This document shows positions 50,823 through 60,527 of a stretch of DNA of 64,000 nucleotides, piece after piece. Numbering within the stretch: the stretch's first letter is position 1; each line of letters opens with the position of its first letter. The notes below the pieces were generated by a model that searched no databases, was not told the DNA's origin, and saw only the letters and a list, made by a program, of their open reading frames with translations. This DNA is from an uncultured Desulfovibrionaceae bacterium (GTDB lineage: Bacteria > Desulfobacterota > Desulfovibrionia > Desulfovibrionales > Desulfovibrionaceae), in assembly GCA_949741925.1 (NCBI GenBank), contig CATJOY010000029.1, positions 4,185-68,184 of the forward strand. The letters run 5' to 3'. Both the position numbers and the translations under genes were made by a program.

Positions 50823-51878
50823 GTGATGAAATTCGGGAATGTTGTCATCATCGATGATAGCCGTTTGAAACGGCAATTTTTAGGCACGATTCTGCAAGAT
50901 CAGTTTACGGTCCATGCTTTCAGCAGTAGCCGGGAAGCCCTGCCCCGGCTGGCTGAAATTATGCCCCAGTGTATTCTTTTGGATATGGAAAGGCCGGGAG
51001 AAGACGGCTTTGAGGATATGCGCCGGATCAAGGAAAATCCTGCCATTGCCGATATCCCGGTTATTTTTATCACTACGTTCGTCGATCATGATTTTGAACT
51101 TCAGGCCCTGGAAAGCGGAGCCGTGGATTTCCTGGGCAATAACTTTTCCCCGGAGGTTATCCGCGCCCGGGTTATGCATCATGCGGAACTTTACATCTAC
51201 CGCTGCCATCTCGAAGAGCGAGTCCGCGATAACACGCGAACTATTTTTGAGCTGCAAGATGCTATTATGATGGCCCTTTCCGATCTGGTAGAGTGCCGTG
51301 ATACCAATACAGCCGGCCATTCCCAGCGCACCCGGGCTTATGTGGAACGATTGATACAACAACTCTTAGCCGACGGCAGCTATATGAAAGAGCTGACCAG
51401 AGGGTTTGTGCGCGATGTCATCCGGGCTGCCCCTTTGCATGACATCGGCAAGGTGGGCATTAGGGATGCCGTGCTCAATAAACCCGGCCTCCTGACTCCG
51501 GAAGAATATGGGGAAATTAAGCAGCACACGATTTTTGGGGCATCTTCCATCAACAGGGCGATGAAGGCTGTGCATGACGCTCCCTTTCTTAGCGTCTTAC
51601 GCGATCTCTCCCTGAGCCATCACGAGCGTTGGGATGGCTTGGGGTATCCGCTGGGCCTTGCCGGAACAGATATTCCTCTATGCGGCCGGATCGTGGCCGT
51701 AGCGGATGTTTACGATGCCCTGGTCAGTTGGCGTCCCTACAAAGAACCTGTTTCTCATGAAAAAGCGGTGGAGATAATCCGGCAGGGAGTGGAAACGCAG
51801 TTTGACCCTCTGGTGGGTGCGGCTTTCTTAGCCTGTGCGGATGATTTCCGAGAAATATCACAGCGTTACCACGAATAA
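50823..51878 (+). CDS. response regulator with HD-GYP c-di-GMP phosphodiesterase output (RpfG family)
   Basis: REC domain (VIIDDS...LLDMERPGEDGF...PVIFIT) plus HD-GYP domain (GHSQRT...PLHDIGKVG...HHERWDGLGYP). Visibly lower GC than its neighbours. Confidence 0.9.
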   Translation: MMKFGNVVIIDDSRLKRQFLGTILQDQFTVHAFSSSREALPRLAEIMPQCILLDMERPGEDGFEDMRRIKENPAIADIPVIFITTFVDHDFELQALESGAVDFLGNNFSPEVIRARVMHHAELYIYRCHLEERVRDNTRTIFELQDAIMMALSDLVECRDTNTAGHSQRTRAYVERLIQQLLADGSYMKELTRGFVRDVIRAAPLHDIGKVGIRDAVLNKPGLLTPEEYGEIKQHTIFGASSINRAMKAVHDAPFLSVLRDLSLSHHERWDGLGYPLGLAGTDIPLCGRIVAVADVYDALVSWRPYKEPVSHEKAVEIIRQGVETQFDPLVGAAFLACADDFREISQRYHE

Positions 51879-52199
51879 TTTTGTCCTTCCCCGCCATCGG
51901 CGCTGTTGCTCTTGGCCCTGCTGCCTTTGAGAGGACAAACCTTATAAGGCGCAGATTTCCCTCATTTTAAGAGCCCGCAAGCATGCGCTTGCGGACTCTC
52001 TGTGTATATTTCGCTCCCTGAAGCCGGGGGTATCTGATTTTGGCTGTTCTCCCCAACAGCGTTTGAACTTACGGTTTGGATCCACCTAGCCGGAGAAGAT
52101 AAAGCGGGTCGCGGGCAAGGCCTCATTGGGGGCGCGGCCCTTCCCGGAGATAGAGAACGAACGCTGTTTGCCCTTCCGGAAAATCCTTCGCGGTCGGGT

Positions 52200-52520
52200 T
52201 CAGGCTTCTTCGATGCGTTCAAGTTTATAGAGGACCGGGTGCAGCCCGTCGGCGCAGCAGAAGATTTCGGTGCCTTTCTGTTTGATCCAGGGGTAGTCGT
52301 TGCCCAGAGCCAGGTAAACGACCTTGTCCTGGATGCCGGCCCAAGCCCAACTGCAAAAGCCTTCGGGCTTATTACAGCGTTTGGAGATATATTCGTGGCC
52401 TTCCTTGTAGCGCGCGCAGACGCAGCTTGTGCCTTCTACGCCGTATTCTTCGCGGATAGCCCCGACATCAAGCTTTTTGAGAACGGTAATGCGGACATCG
52501 GCATACCTGGTTGCAGACAT
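52200..52520 (-). CDS. small Cys-rich protein (106 aa), resembles the TIGR04076 family
   Basis: CARYKEGHEY...KPEGFCSWAWAGI...CCADGLHPVLYKLERI pattern recalled from that family. Not verified by search. Confidence 0.45.
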   Translation of the reverse strand: MSATRYADVRITVLKKLDVGAIREEYGVEGTSCVCARYKEGHEYISKRCNKPEGFCSWAWAGIQDKVVYLALGNDYPWIKQKGTEIFCCADGLHPVLYKLERIEEA

Positions 52521-52594
52521 ATTTTTCCCCTGTTTGCTGGAATACAGCGGGGTTACGGTTGCGGAGCGTCTTCATTCGGATAGGTGGTTGTTGC

Positions 52595-53521
52595 CTACGG
52601 GCCCAGGGCAAGGCAGAGAGTTGCCATGCAGGTATGCAACAAGGCGGTGCTCAGGACGGTGTTTTTTAGGCGCCGGTAAAGACAGGCGGTATCGTTGTTG
52701 TGGCGGCTGGTTAGGTAGCCGACGCGAAGCAGCGGCAGCGCAAAAAGGAGCGCCGGCAGACAGGCCGGACGTAGTGTCAGCAAGAATATGCACCAGCAGA
52801 GCAGCGTCAGCAGGGTAAGCACGGCATGGTAGCATCCGGCCTTTTTAAGCCCCAGGCGCACGGCCACGGTTTTTTTGCCCGCCTTGGCGTCAGTTTCGAT
52901 ATCACGCATATTGTTGGCGTTCAGAACCATAGCGCTGCAAAGGCCTGCCGCGATGCCCGGAAAGAGGGCCGGGAACGTCAGTTCCCCACCGCAGAGGATG
53001 AGCGTGCCCCAGACAGGCGCCGGGCCGAAAAAAATACCTGCCATCAGATCGCCCAGACCCAGGTATCCGTAAGGATGCCTGCCCACGGTGTAGGCTATAG
53101 CCGCTGCAATGCTGGCCGCCCCCAGGCCGAGAAAGAAAAAGAGCTTGGCCCATTCGCCCCAGGCGGCGGTTAGAACCAGAGCCAAGCCCGAGCACAGCGC
53201 CAGGGCCGCAGCCAGGAGCACGGCCCGGAACATACTGTCCGGGCTGGTCAGGCCGCTGACGACCATGCGCAGAGGCCCGGTTCTCTCGTCGGTATCCGCC
53301 CCGGCTACAGCATCGCCGTAGTCATTGGCCAGGTTGGAGAGAACCTGGAGCAGAACGGCAGTGAGCAAGGCCAGGAGAAAAACCGTTTGGTCGGCTTTTC
53401 CTTGGAGACCGGCTAGGCCATAGCCCAAAAAAATGGCTGCCGCGGAAAGGGGGAGGGTCCGGGGCCTGATGGCCCAAAGCCAGATGCGCACGGACGAGGG
53501 CTTTTGTCGTCTGGAATGCAT
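52595..53521 (-). CDS. menA: 1,4-dihydroxy-2-naphthoate polyprenyltransferase
   Basis: UbiA-family polytopic protein with the NDYGD motif (LANDYGDAVAGADT) and a second Asp-rich region (NNMRDIETD). Confidence 0.85.
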   Translation of the reverse strand: MHSRRQKPSSVRIWLWAIRPRTLPLSAAAIFLGYGLAGLQGKADQTVFLLALLTAVLLQVLSNLANDYGDAVAGADTDERTGPLRMVVSGLTSPDSMFRAVLLAAALALCSGLALVLTAAWGEWAKLFFFLGLGAASIAAAIAYTVGRHPYGYLGLGDLMAGIFFGPAPVWGTLILCGGELTFPALFPGIAAGLCSAMVLNANNMRDIETDAKAGKKTVAVRLGLKKAGCYHAVLTLLTLLCWCIFLLTLRPACLPALLFALPLLRVGYLTSRHNNDTACLYRRLKNTVLSTALLHTCMATLCLALGP

Positions 53522-53673
53522 GCCGTCGATCTGCCTGTTTTTCGTGAAAAGTCAAGAAAAAGGGCGAGAGAAGGCGCGCAAATTGTGTGGGGGGCCACCT
53601 CCAAGCTCGCGGCAGAGGGTATTTTCCCTGCCCTCACAAGAGGGCGCTCAGTGCTGTATGACCAATGCCGACC

Positions 53674-53716
53674 GGGGGGATCATATCCCCAACGAGGCAT
53701 GGGGCAGAGCCCCCAT
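53674..53716 (-). repeat. degenerate copy of the GC-rich multi-hairpin element
   Basis: ggggggatcatatcccc-aacgaggc-atggggcagagccccat has the same two-hairpin layout and gatcat core as copy D (37669-37715), but the sequence has diverged. Confidence 0.35.
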
Positions 53717-53872
53717 CCGGGTGAAGACGTGGGGGCTGCTCGCTTTCAAGCTCCACAGTGAGGAAACGATTCCCCCTGCCCCGATACGCGGCCCTGTACT
53801 CCATCATGGTCCAGGGCCGCGCAGGGAAGCAAGAGGGAAGCCCGCCGCGCCATGAGCGATTGAGGCTGGCTG

Positions 53873-54277
53873 TTATTTACCCCAATAGTTCTTGGCGGCG
53901 AGCAGCGCCAGGATGCGTTTCATTTCGTTGTGCACGATCATGTAGCCTTCATCCACACCCATACCGGGCTTGTTGTAGACCATGTCCGCGCGGGTAGCCA
54001 TGGCCGCGTTGACCGTGGAGCGGGAAGAAATATCTGTGCCGTTGCAGGTGCCGCCAAAGAAGGCTTTGAGCCCTTTCTCGTGGCAGTAGAGCACCGCTTC
54101 AACGGAGTTGTGTATACCGCCGAGATCAGGAGCCTTTACCTGGATCATGTCGGCGGCTTTGTTATTCGCAACGTGCTTGATATCTTCCAGAGTGTTGCGC
54201 CAGTCGTCGGCGGTGCTATCTACCTTATACGTATTTCCCCATGAGCAAGCCGTATGCCAGAGAAAAGTTCTGAAAAA
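53873..54277 (-). pseudogene. 3'-terminal remnant (about 120 of about 413 codons) of methylaspartate ammonia-lyase
   Basis: Translation ...YKVDSTADDWRNTLEDIKHVANNKAADMIQVKAPDLGGIHNSVEAVLYCHEKGLKAFFGGTCNGTDISSRSTVNAAMATRADMVYNKPGMGVDEGYMIVHNEMKRILALL is collinear with the C-terminus of C. tetanomorphum MAL (...KIVADEWCNT..HMVQIKTPDLGG..GGTCNETE..KPGMGFDEG..NEMNRTIALL). Homology starts near 54235, and the upstream two-thirds of the gene are absent. Confidence 0.75.
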
Positions 54278-54477
54278 TCAAAGGGCGGATACGAAGCGCG
54301 CTTTAAAATTGAGCGTTTCTGGTGCGCTATAACAGCGCTCTGCTTTATTATTGGGCAGTAGCGTATGCCGGCCTGTTTGCGGCTGGCTCCGGCGACCGGG
54401 CGTTGCCGGTCCTCCACGCCAGCGACGCGCCAAGGGAGCAGGTTGCAAGGCGGCCGGCGCCGCCTGGCTCCGGGGGC

Positions 54478-55357
54478 TCAGTCGGCCGGGCTATCTTTGA
54501 TAATTCTGCTCAGGGTATTGCGGCTGATGCCCGGAAAGGAGGTTAGCCTATTTTTGTTGCCGTTGAAGCATTGGAGCATTTGCCGCAGCAATTGTTGCTG
54601 CATGGAGCGGTAGGGGCCGTATTCAAGGTATAAGCCCTTTGCCGTCTCCATCCTGGCCGCTCGGCGTTTCTGCTCCGCAGGATTTGCCGGAAGCAGAGGA
54701 AAAGGCGGCTGCCTCGGCTATCCCCAGCCTGTCGGGAGGCTGCGGAAGAGGCGTTCTCTCCGGTTGCGTGTCGAAAAGTTCCGGAAAATATGTGCGGATG
54801 TTCTCGTTCCGGATTTTGGACATCGTTGGGATGATGTAGAGCAAGGTCAGGTTTTCCAGCTCCAGTACGTTGCCGGGTCAATCATAGCGCATCAGGGCGT
54901 CTCGCACGGCGGGGCTGAAAATGGCGGCCGGCACCGACGGCGTATGCCGTCTGCAGAAGGCGGCAACCAAAAGCATGATGCCGTTTTTGCGTTCGCGTAG
55001 GGGAGGCACATGAATATTAAGGATATTCAAGCGGAAATAGAGATCTACCAGGAAGAGGTTCTCCCGGGGCAAGCTGCGCAGGTTTCTGTTGGTCGCAGTG
55101 ATGATCCGGGTATCCACGGGCACCATCCGGCTGCCGCCTACCGGGCGGACCTGCTTTTCCTGGAGCACCCTGAGGATCTTGACCTGAAGATTCATGGGCA
55201 TTTTGTCGATTTCATCCAGAAAGACCGTGCCGCCGTGGGCCAGCTCCATCAGGCCGACCTTAATAGATTTGACTGTGACGCGGTGGCCGCGCTCGCGCAT
55301 GATCTCAAGGGCAGCCCCGGTAAAATCGGGTGGGGGGAGGTGATCAGGATCATGAAT
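54478..55357 (-). pseudogene. degraded sigma-54-dependent transcriptional activator (EBP): N-terminus missing, nonsense codon, frameshift
   Basis: AAA+ core pieces GGTVFLDEIDKM, QVKILRVLQEKQVRPVGG, VDTRIITATN, DLYFRLNILNIHVPPLRER. The WPGNV motif reads TGA-PGNVLELEN (TGA at 54878-54880). The Fis-type HTH (NGNKNRLTSFPGISRNTLSRIIK) is in another frame. The Walker A and sensory domain are absent, and the frame begins directly after the cls stop. Confidence 0.8.
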
Positions 55358-56899
55358 CTACAAATAAGGGCTGAATATCCAGAAAAAGGCATCGCGGATG
55401 CGGGTAGGCAGGGAGCGGGCGTCGAGATCCGCCAGGGTGTATTCGTGAGAGGCTTCCAGCAGGCTGAGGGCGTGCCGGGTGAGCTGCCGGTTGAGGGCCG
55501 CGTCAAAAACCTCCATGGTCAGCTCAAAGTTGAGCCGGTAGCTGCGCGGGTCCAGGTTGGCCGAGCCGAGGTGGGTATAGGTATCGTCTACCAGAAGAAG
55601 CTTGGTGTGGTTAAAGGGGGGCGGCTGGAAAAAGATGCGCACGCCGCGTTCTAAAAGATCGCGGAAGGTGTTGTAGGAAGCCCATTTGACCATGGCGTGG
55701 TTGTTCATGGCCGGCAGGATGATATTGACCGCCACGCCGCGCAAGGCGGCGCTCTGCATGGCCGAGGTCAGGGCGGCTTGGGGGAGGAAATAGGGGGTGA
55801 TAACGGTCACCCGCTGCCGGGCGGCCGAGATGGCGGCGACAAGCACGGTGTAAAAACGGTCGTAAAAATCATCGGGGCCATCTAAAATGGTCCGGCAGCA
55901 AGAGGGGCCGGCGGCAGCGGCACGGGCCGGGTCCGGGAGGCACGGGCTGAGTTTTTCGTGGGTCGTGAACTGCCAATCACGGGCAAAGGTGTACTGAAGA
56001 TGCCTGACCACAGGCCCTTGAATCTGAAAGTGCATATCCTGGACAGCGGCGGGCGGGCGATGGAAAAAGGAGGGTTGAAAGCCGGGAATGCCTTTGACCA
56101 GATGGCGGGAGGAGATGTTCATGCCGCCGGTGAAGGCCGTAAGGCCATCCACAACCAGCACCTTGCGGTGGTTGCGCAAGTTGATGGAGAATTGCGGCGG
56201 GAACAGTTGGGGCGGGATGAACCGGGCTGCCCTGAGGCCGCGCCGTTGTAACACCTTGTCGATGCGCGGCCGGGTCAAGAAGGTGCCGAGGCCGTCCACC
56301 AGAACCCGAACATGGACTCCGCGTTGCTTGGCCCGATCCAGGGCGTCTATGAACTGCCCGCCGATTTCATCGTTGTCAAAAATAAAGGAAGAAAGCCAAA
56401 CTTCCCGGCGCGCCTCCTCAATGGCCTGCATCATGGCGGGGTAGGCTTCCTCGCCGCCGGAGAGCGGGGTGACTGTATTGCCTTCCAGCAGCGGCAGACC
56501 GGTCAGGCGGTAGCCGATGCCGGCCATGCCGGGATTGCTGAAAGAGGTATCCCCGGCGGGCGGAATGAAGGATTTCGCGGGTTGACCGGGTTCTTGCACT
56601 ATAATGGTCCTATCGCAAGCGGCCGGAAGCAGGGCCGCATCCGCGGCCAGCGTCGGCGCCGAGAGGGTCCCCGGGCCGTCGTGGTTCAGACTGTCGTCAA
56701 GAAGACGCTGGGCATGGCGGCTGATGCGGTTCAAGCCGAAGATGACGTACAGCAGCGAACCCGCCAAGGGCAACAGCAAACAGAGGGTAGACCAGATCAA
56801 GGCCGAACTGGGATCGCGCTTGTTCAGCAGAGCGTGTACGGCACAGAGGATTCCGGTTACGGTAATGGTGATGATGCAAAGCCAGTGGAATATGGTCAT
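55358..56899 (-). CDS. cls: cardiolipin synthase (PLD superfamily)
   Basis: Start MTIFHWLCIITITV (56899). Two N-terminal TM helices. Two HKD motifs, NHRKVLVVDG...GGMNIS and FNHTKLLLVDD...GSANLDPRS. Confidence 0.9.
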   Translation of the reverse strand: MTIFHWLCIITITVTGILCAVHALLNKRDPSSALIWSTLCLLLPLAGSLLYVIFGLNRISRHAQRLLDDSLNHDGPGTLSAPTLAADAALLPAACDRTIIVQEPGQPAKSFIPPAGDTSFSNPGMAGIGYRLTGLPLLEGNTVTPLSGGEEAYPAMMQAIEEARREVWLSSFIFDNDEIGGQFIDALDRAKQRGVHVRVLVDGLGTFLTRPRIDKVLQRRGLRAARFIPPQLFPPQFSINLRNHRKVLVVDGLTAFTGGMNISSRHLVKGIPGFQPSFFHRPPAAVQDMHFQIQGPVVRHLQYTFARDWQFTTHEKLSPCLPDPARAAAAGPSCCRTILDGPDDFYDRFYTVLVAAISAARQRVTVITPYFLPQAALTSAMQSAALRGVAVNIILPAMNNHAMVKWASYNTFRDLLERGVRIFFQPPPFNHTKLLLVDDTYTHLGSANLDPRSYRLNFELTMEVFDAALNRQLTRHALSLLEASHEYTLADLDARSLPTRIRDAFFWIFSPYL

Positions 56900-57393
56900 G
56901 GAATTCCCTTCCAGTGTTGACGGGAGCAGGTAAAGTATCGGGCATTCGGCAGCGTCATGCAAGCTCTTTGCGCTGTTTTGTCAGGATTATCATAGTCTCC
57001 GGGGGAGAGACGCTTTGAATGTTCTTTGGAGAGGATTTTTTCGGGAAAAGAACCCGAGCGCCCAAGGCAGGAAGCAGCGCTCGCTTTGAAGGTAACACTC
57101 TTTCAGAAACCAGATGAACGGGCGATGAAGAGCCGTGCCTTTACAGGATGAGCTGGGAATGTGCCGCAGCAGATCGTCTTTGCCCGTTATGCTGCGGGAG
57201 GGGCAAAACAGACGCCCCGAGAGAAGGCCGGGGATACCAGAACGTTACAGCGCGAAACGCCACAATGCCGCCCACGGGCACGGCCTTCGCGGGATGCCGT
57301 GCTGGCGACAGCGGCAGGCGATCTGGCCGGCGCTCTCTAGGCGCAAGACTGGTCAGAGCCGGTCTTCGGGGAGCGGACTTTGCCGCAGCCCTT

Positions 57394-58065
57394 TCAGGAG
57401 AGTATTTTTACCCCGGCGCTGGCTCCCAGACGGTTTGCCCCGGCCCGAAGCATCGCTAAGGCCGTTTGTTTATCCCCAATGCCGCCGGAGGCCTTGACTC
57501 CCATATTCGGGCCCACTGTTTCCCGCATCAGCGCGACATCGTGTTCCGTGGCCCCGCCTGTGCCAAAGCCGGTGCTGGTTTTGACGAAATCCGCGCCGGC
57601 CTCCCGGGCAGCCAGGCAGGCCCGACGTTTTTCCCGGTCCTCGAGGTAGCAGGTTTCAATGATTACCTTGACTGTAACCGCTTCGCCCGTTGCCGCCTCG
57701 GTCTCGCGGGCCGCCCTGACCACCGCGCGTATATCCTCCTGAACGGTTTGCCAGTCACCGTTTATGGCCGCCCCCACGTTGATAACCATATCCAGCTCGC
57801 GGGCTCCATCGGCAAGCGCCTGCCGGGCCTCAAAGGCTTTGACGGAACTCGCAGCGGCTCCCAGCGGAAAGCCGATGACCGTGCAGGTCCTGACCGAACT
57901 TCCCGCCAGCAGGGAGGCCGTCAAGGGGACATAGACCGGGTTGACGCACACCGCGGCAAAGCCGTTGGCTTTGGCCTCGGCGCAGAGTCTTTCCACATCG
58001 TTCGGCGTGACGGTGGCTTTGAGAGCGGTGTGGTCGATGTAGGCGGCAAGTTCTTGCTTGTTCAT
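57394..58065 (-). CDS. deoC: deoxyribose-phosphate aldolase
   Basis: [11 protein letters not shown]...AAVCVNP...VIGFPLGA...FVKTSTGF...VKASGGI, with the Schiff-base Lys context. Confidence 0.9.
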   Translation of the reverse strand: MNKQELAAYIDHTALKATVTPNDVERLCAEAKANGFAAVCVNPVYVPLTASLLAGSSVRTCTVIGFPLGAAASSVKAFEARQALADGARELDMVINVGAAINGDWQTVQEDIRAVVRAARETEAATGEAVTVKVIIETCYLEDREKRRACLAAREAGADFVKTSTGFGTGGATEHDVALMRETVGPNMGVKASGGIGDKQTALAMLRAGANRLGASAGVKILS

Positions 58066-58554
58066 GGCTCTTCATCTCCAGGGCGTTGGGCTGCGTATGA
58101 CCGGAGGGCCGTAGATGCTCTGTGCCCCACGAAGCGCGCCACCGTCAAGGCATTTTCCGGAAAGAGACGCAGGGCAGCTTTCCACATCCTGGTGAAGCGT
58201 TGGGAGCCCGCCCCCAAGCTTTTGGCAGGAGCGTCACGCCCCGAGCCGTCGGAAGCCTTCGGAGCAGGGGGCGGGCTTGTTACGAGAAATAAATAATGTT
58301 GGCCGAAAAGGCTGTTGGCTACGCAGGATTCAGGCTGATTTCCGGTTGAGGAGGCCATACGCGGCACTTCAATATAATTAAGAATTTCCGCCGCTCCTGT
58401 AAGCTCTGATCACATTGGATCATCAGGATAGGGCATAGGGGAATTTTACCTCCCCCTACATCGCGTCTGCTACAGGGCTTTTTTGTCGATTTTGCGCCTT
58501 CCCCCGAAGCTCCTGTTCTGACCGCAACCCACATTGAACAAAAGGAACAACACC

Positions 58555-60168
58555 ATGGATACGACCATCGATCTAAAACAGGTGGCTGATCTCAGCCCTT
58601 TTGAGCTGAAGGATTTTCTCATTAAAACGGCTTCGCGCAAGTGCGAGTGCTACATGCTGAACGCCGGTCGGGGTAACCCGAATTTCCTGGCTACAGAACC
58701 TCGTTATGGTTTCCTTCGTTTTCTGGAGTTTGCTCTGGCGGAATCCGAACGCTCCTTCAGCTATATGCCTGAAGGCGTAGGCGGTTTTCCGGATAAAGAG
58801 GAGATCGAGCGGCGCTTTGATATTTTCACCGACGGCCGCATGGGGCAACCGGGCATCGCGTTTATCCGCAATGCGGTATCCTACGTGCGGGATCAGCTCG
58901 GTCTTCCGGCAGGAGAGTTTATTTATGAGATGAGCGAAGGCATTCTCGGCTGCATGTACCCTGTGCCGGATAGGATGTTGCGGCTTTCTGAAAAAATAGT
59001 GGCCCAGTATATTCGTAAAGAAATGATCGCCTCCGAACCATTTACGGGGGGGTTTGATCTCTTTGCCGTTGAAGGCGGCACGGCGGCCATGAGCTATATC
59101 TTTACTACTCTCAAGGAAAACAAGCTCCTGCGCCCCGGGGATTCCATAGCCTTGGGCATGCCCATCTTCTCGCCGTATATCGATATTCCGAAGCTTCACG
59201 ATTACGATCTTAAGGAAGTGGCGATAAATGCGGACCGGGACCGGGGCTGGCAATACCCGGATAAGGAACTGGATAAACTTCTGGACCCTTCGGTTAAGGC
59301 CTTTTTCTTGGTCAACCCCAGCAATCCCCCCTCGGTGCGTATGTCTGATAAAAGCCTGCGCCATTTGGGGGAAATCGTGAAGAAACGTCCCGATCTAATC
59401 ATTTTGACCGATGATGTCTACGGGACATTTGCCGATAACTTCACCTCCATTTTTGCGGTTTGCCCCCAAAATACTATTCTTGTGTACTCCTTCTCTAAGT
59501 ATTTTGGAGCCACCGGCTGGCGTCTCGGCGTCATTGCAACCCATGAGGACAACATTCTTGATAGAGCCATAGCCGCGCTGCCCGAGGAAAGCCTCAAGGA
59601 ACTGGATCAGCGCTACACCTCCATTTCTACAGACCCCCGGCACATGAAATTTATCGACCGCCTGGTGGCGGATAGCCGGACCGTTGCCTTGAACCATACA
59701 GCCGGGCTGAGCACTCCAGCCCAGGTGCAGATGGTTTTGTTGGCGCTCTTCGCCCTCATGGATGAGGCCGAGGCCTACAAGACGGCTATGAAACGGGTTA
59801 TCCGACGGCGCAAGGCCGCGCTGTACCGGCATGTTCCGGTTCGTCCGACGCAAAGCCCCGAGGATGTGGATTACTACCATGTGCTGGATATGGAGGTTCT
59901 CGGCAGGCAGATGTATGAGCAGGCCTTCATTGATTGGCTCATCGCCAAATTGAAGCCCAACGAGTTTCTTTTTGCCCTGGCTGAGAAGGCCCAAGTAGTT
60001 CTGTTGCCGGAGGCCGGGTTCGGTGATCCGCACCATGCCGCTCGCGTGTCCCTCGCCAATCTCAAGGAGACCGATTACGCAAGGATTGGTTGTTCTCTCT
60101 ATGATCTGATGCAGGATTACTACGAGGAATACAAAAAGAGCGGCAAAGAAGCGGGGACGGCGGAATAA
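58555..60168 (+). CDS. asdA: aspartate 4-decarboxylase (PLP-dependent; bifunctional aspartate aminotransferase/decarboxylase)
   Basis: LSPFELKDFLIK...MLNAGRGNPNFLATEPRYGF...VYSFSKYFGATGWRLGV...RLVADSRTVALNHTAGLSTPAQVQM is collinear with Pseudomonas AsdA. ATG at 58555; an upstream TTG at 58534 is possible. Confidence 0.9.
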   Translation: MDTTIDLKQVADLSPFELKDFLIKTASRKCECYMLNAGRGNPNFLATEPRYGFLRFLEFALAESERSFSYMPEGVGGFPDKEEIERRFDIFTDGRMGQPGIAFIRNAVSYVRDQLGLPAGEFIYEMSEGILGCMYPVPDRMLRLSEKIVAQYIRKEMIASEPFTGGFDLFAVEGGTAAMSYIFTTLKENKLLRPGDSIALGMPIFSPYIDIPKLHDYDLKEVAINADRDRGWQYPDKELDKLLDPSVKAFFLVNPSNPPSVRMSDKSLRHLGEIVKKRPDLIILTDDVYGTFADNFTSIFAVCPQNTILVYSFSKYFGATGWRLGVIATHEDNILDRAIAALPEESLKELDQRYTSISTDPRHMKFIDRLVADSRTVALNHTAGLSTPAQVQMVLLALFALMDEAEAYKTAMKRVIRRRKAALYRHVPVRPTQSPEDVDYYHVLDMEVLGRQMYEQAFIDWLIAKLKPNEFLFALAEKAQVVLLPEAGFGDPHHAARVSLANLKETDYARIGCSLYDLMQDYYEEYKKSGKEAGTAE

Positions 60169-60293
60169 ACGCCGGCCGGTCCCGCGAGCGGCGCCTTGTG
60201 AAAACCGCTGTTTCTCTCGGGAAATGATAATACTATCGTACTCATTTCCGGCATGGGATATTCAAGGCAACGTAGATTACAAGGAGGTTGCCT

Positions 60294-60461
60294 ATGTTTT
60301 CATGGGGTATTTGGGCACTCGTCGTCGCCATTATCGCGGGTATTCTCGGCTTTACCGGGATAGCCGGAACGGCGGTGGATTTTGCCTATATCGTTTTCGG
60401 CATTGGTTTGGTTCTTTTTGTCGTCTCTCTGTTTATGGGGAGAAGAAAAACTGTAGTTTAA
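60294..60461 (+). CDS. DUF1328 (UPF0391/YtjA-like) small membrane protein, 55 aa; not in the ORF track
   Basis: Own translation after the aaggagg RBS: [55 protein letters not shown]. The LGFxGIAG motif is typical of DUF1328. Confidence 0.7.
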   Translation: MFSWGIWALVVAIIAGILGFTGIAGTAVDFAYIVFGIGLVLFVVSLFMGRRKTVV

Positions 60462-60487
60462 CCCGGCGGACTGGTATCCGCCACCCT

Positions 60488-60513
60488 GAAAACGGCCCGC
60501 AAGGGCCGTTTTC
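60488..60513. terminator. bidirectional hairpin terminator between the DUF1328 gene and tolC
   Basis: gaaaacggccc-gcaa-gggccgttttc, with an A/T run on both sides. Confidence 0.8.
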
Positions 60514-60527
60514 ATATCCTGCGCGCG

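Noticed and set aside
54878-54880. TGA in the sigma-54 activator as selenocysteine or read-through codon
   Set aside because: The codon replaces the invariant Trp of WPGNV. The gene also lacks its N-terminus and has a separate frameshift, so it is a pseudogene.
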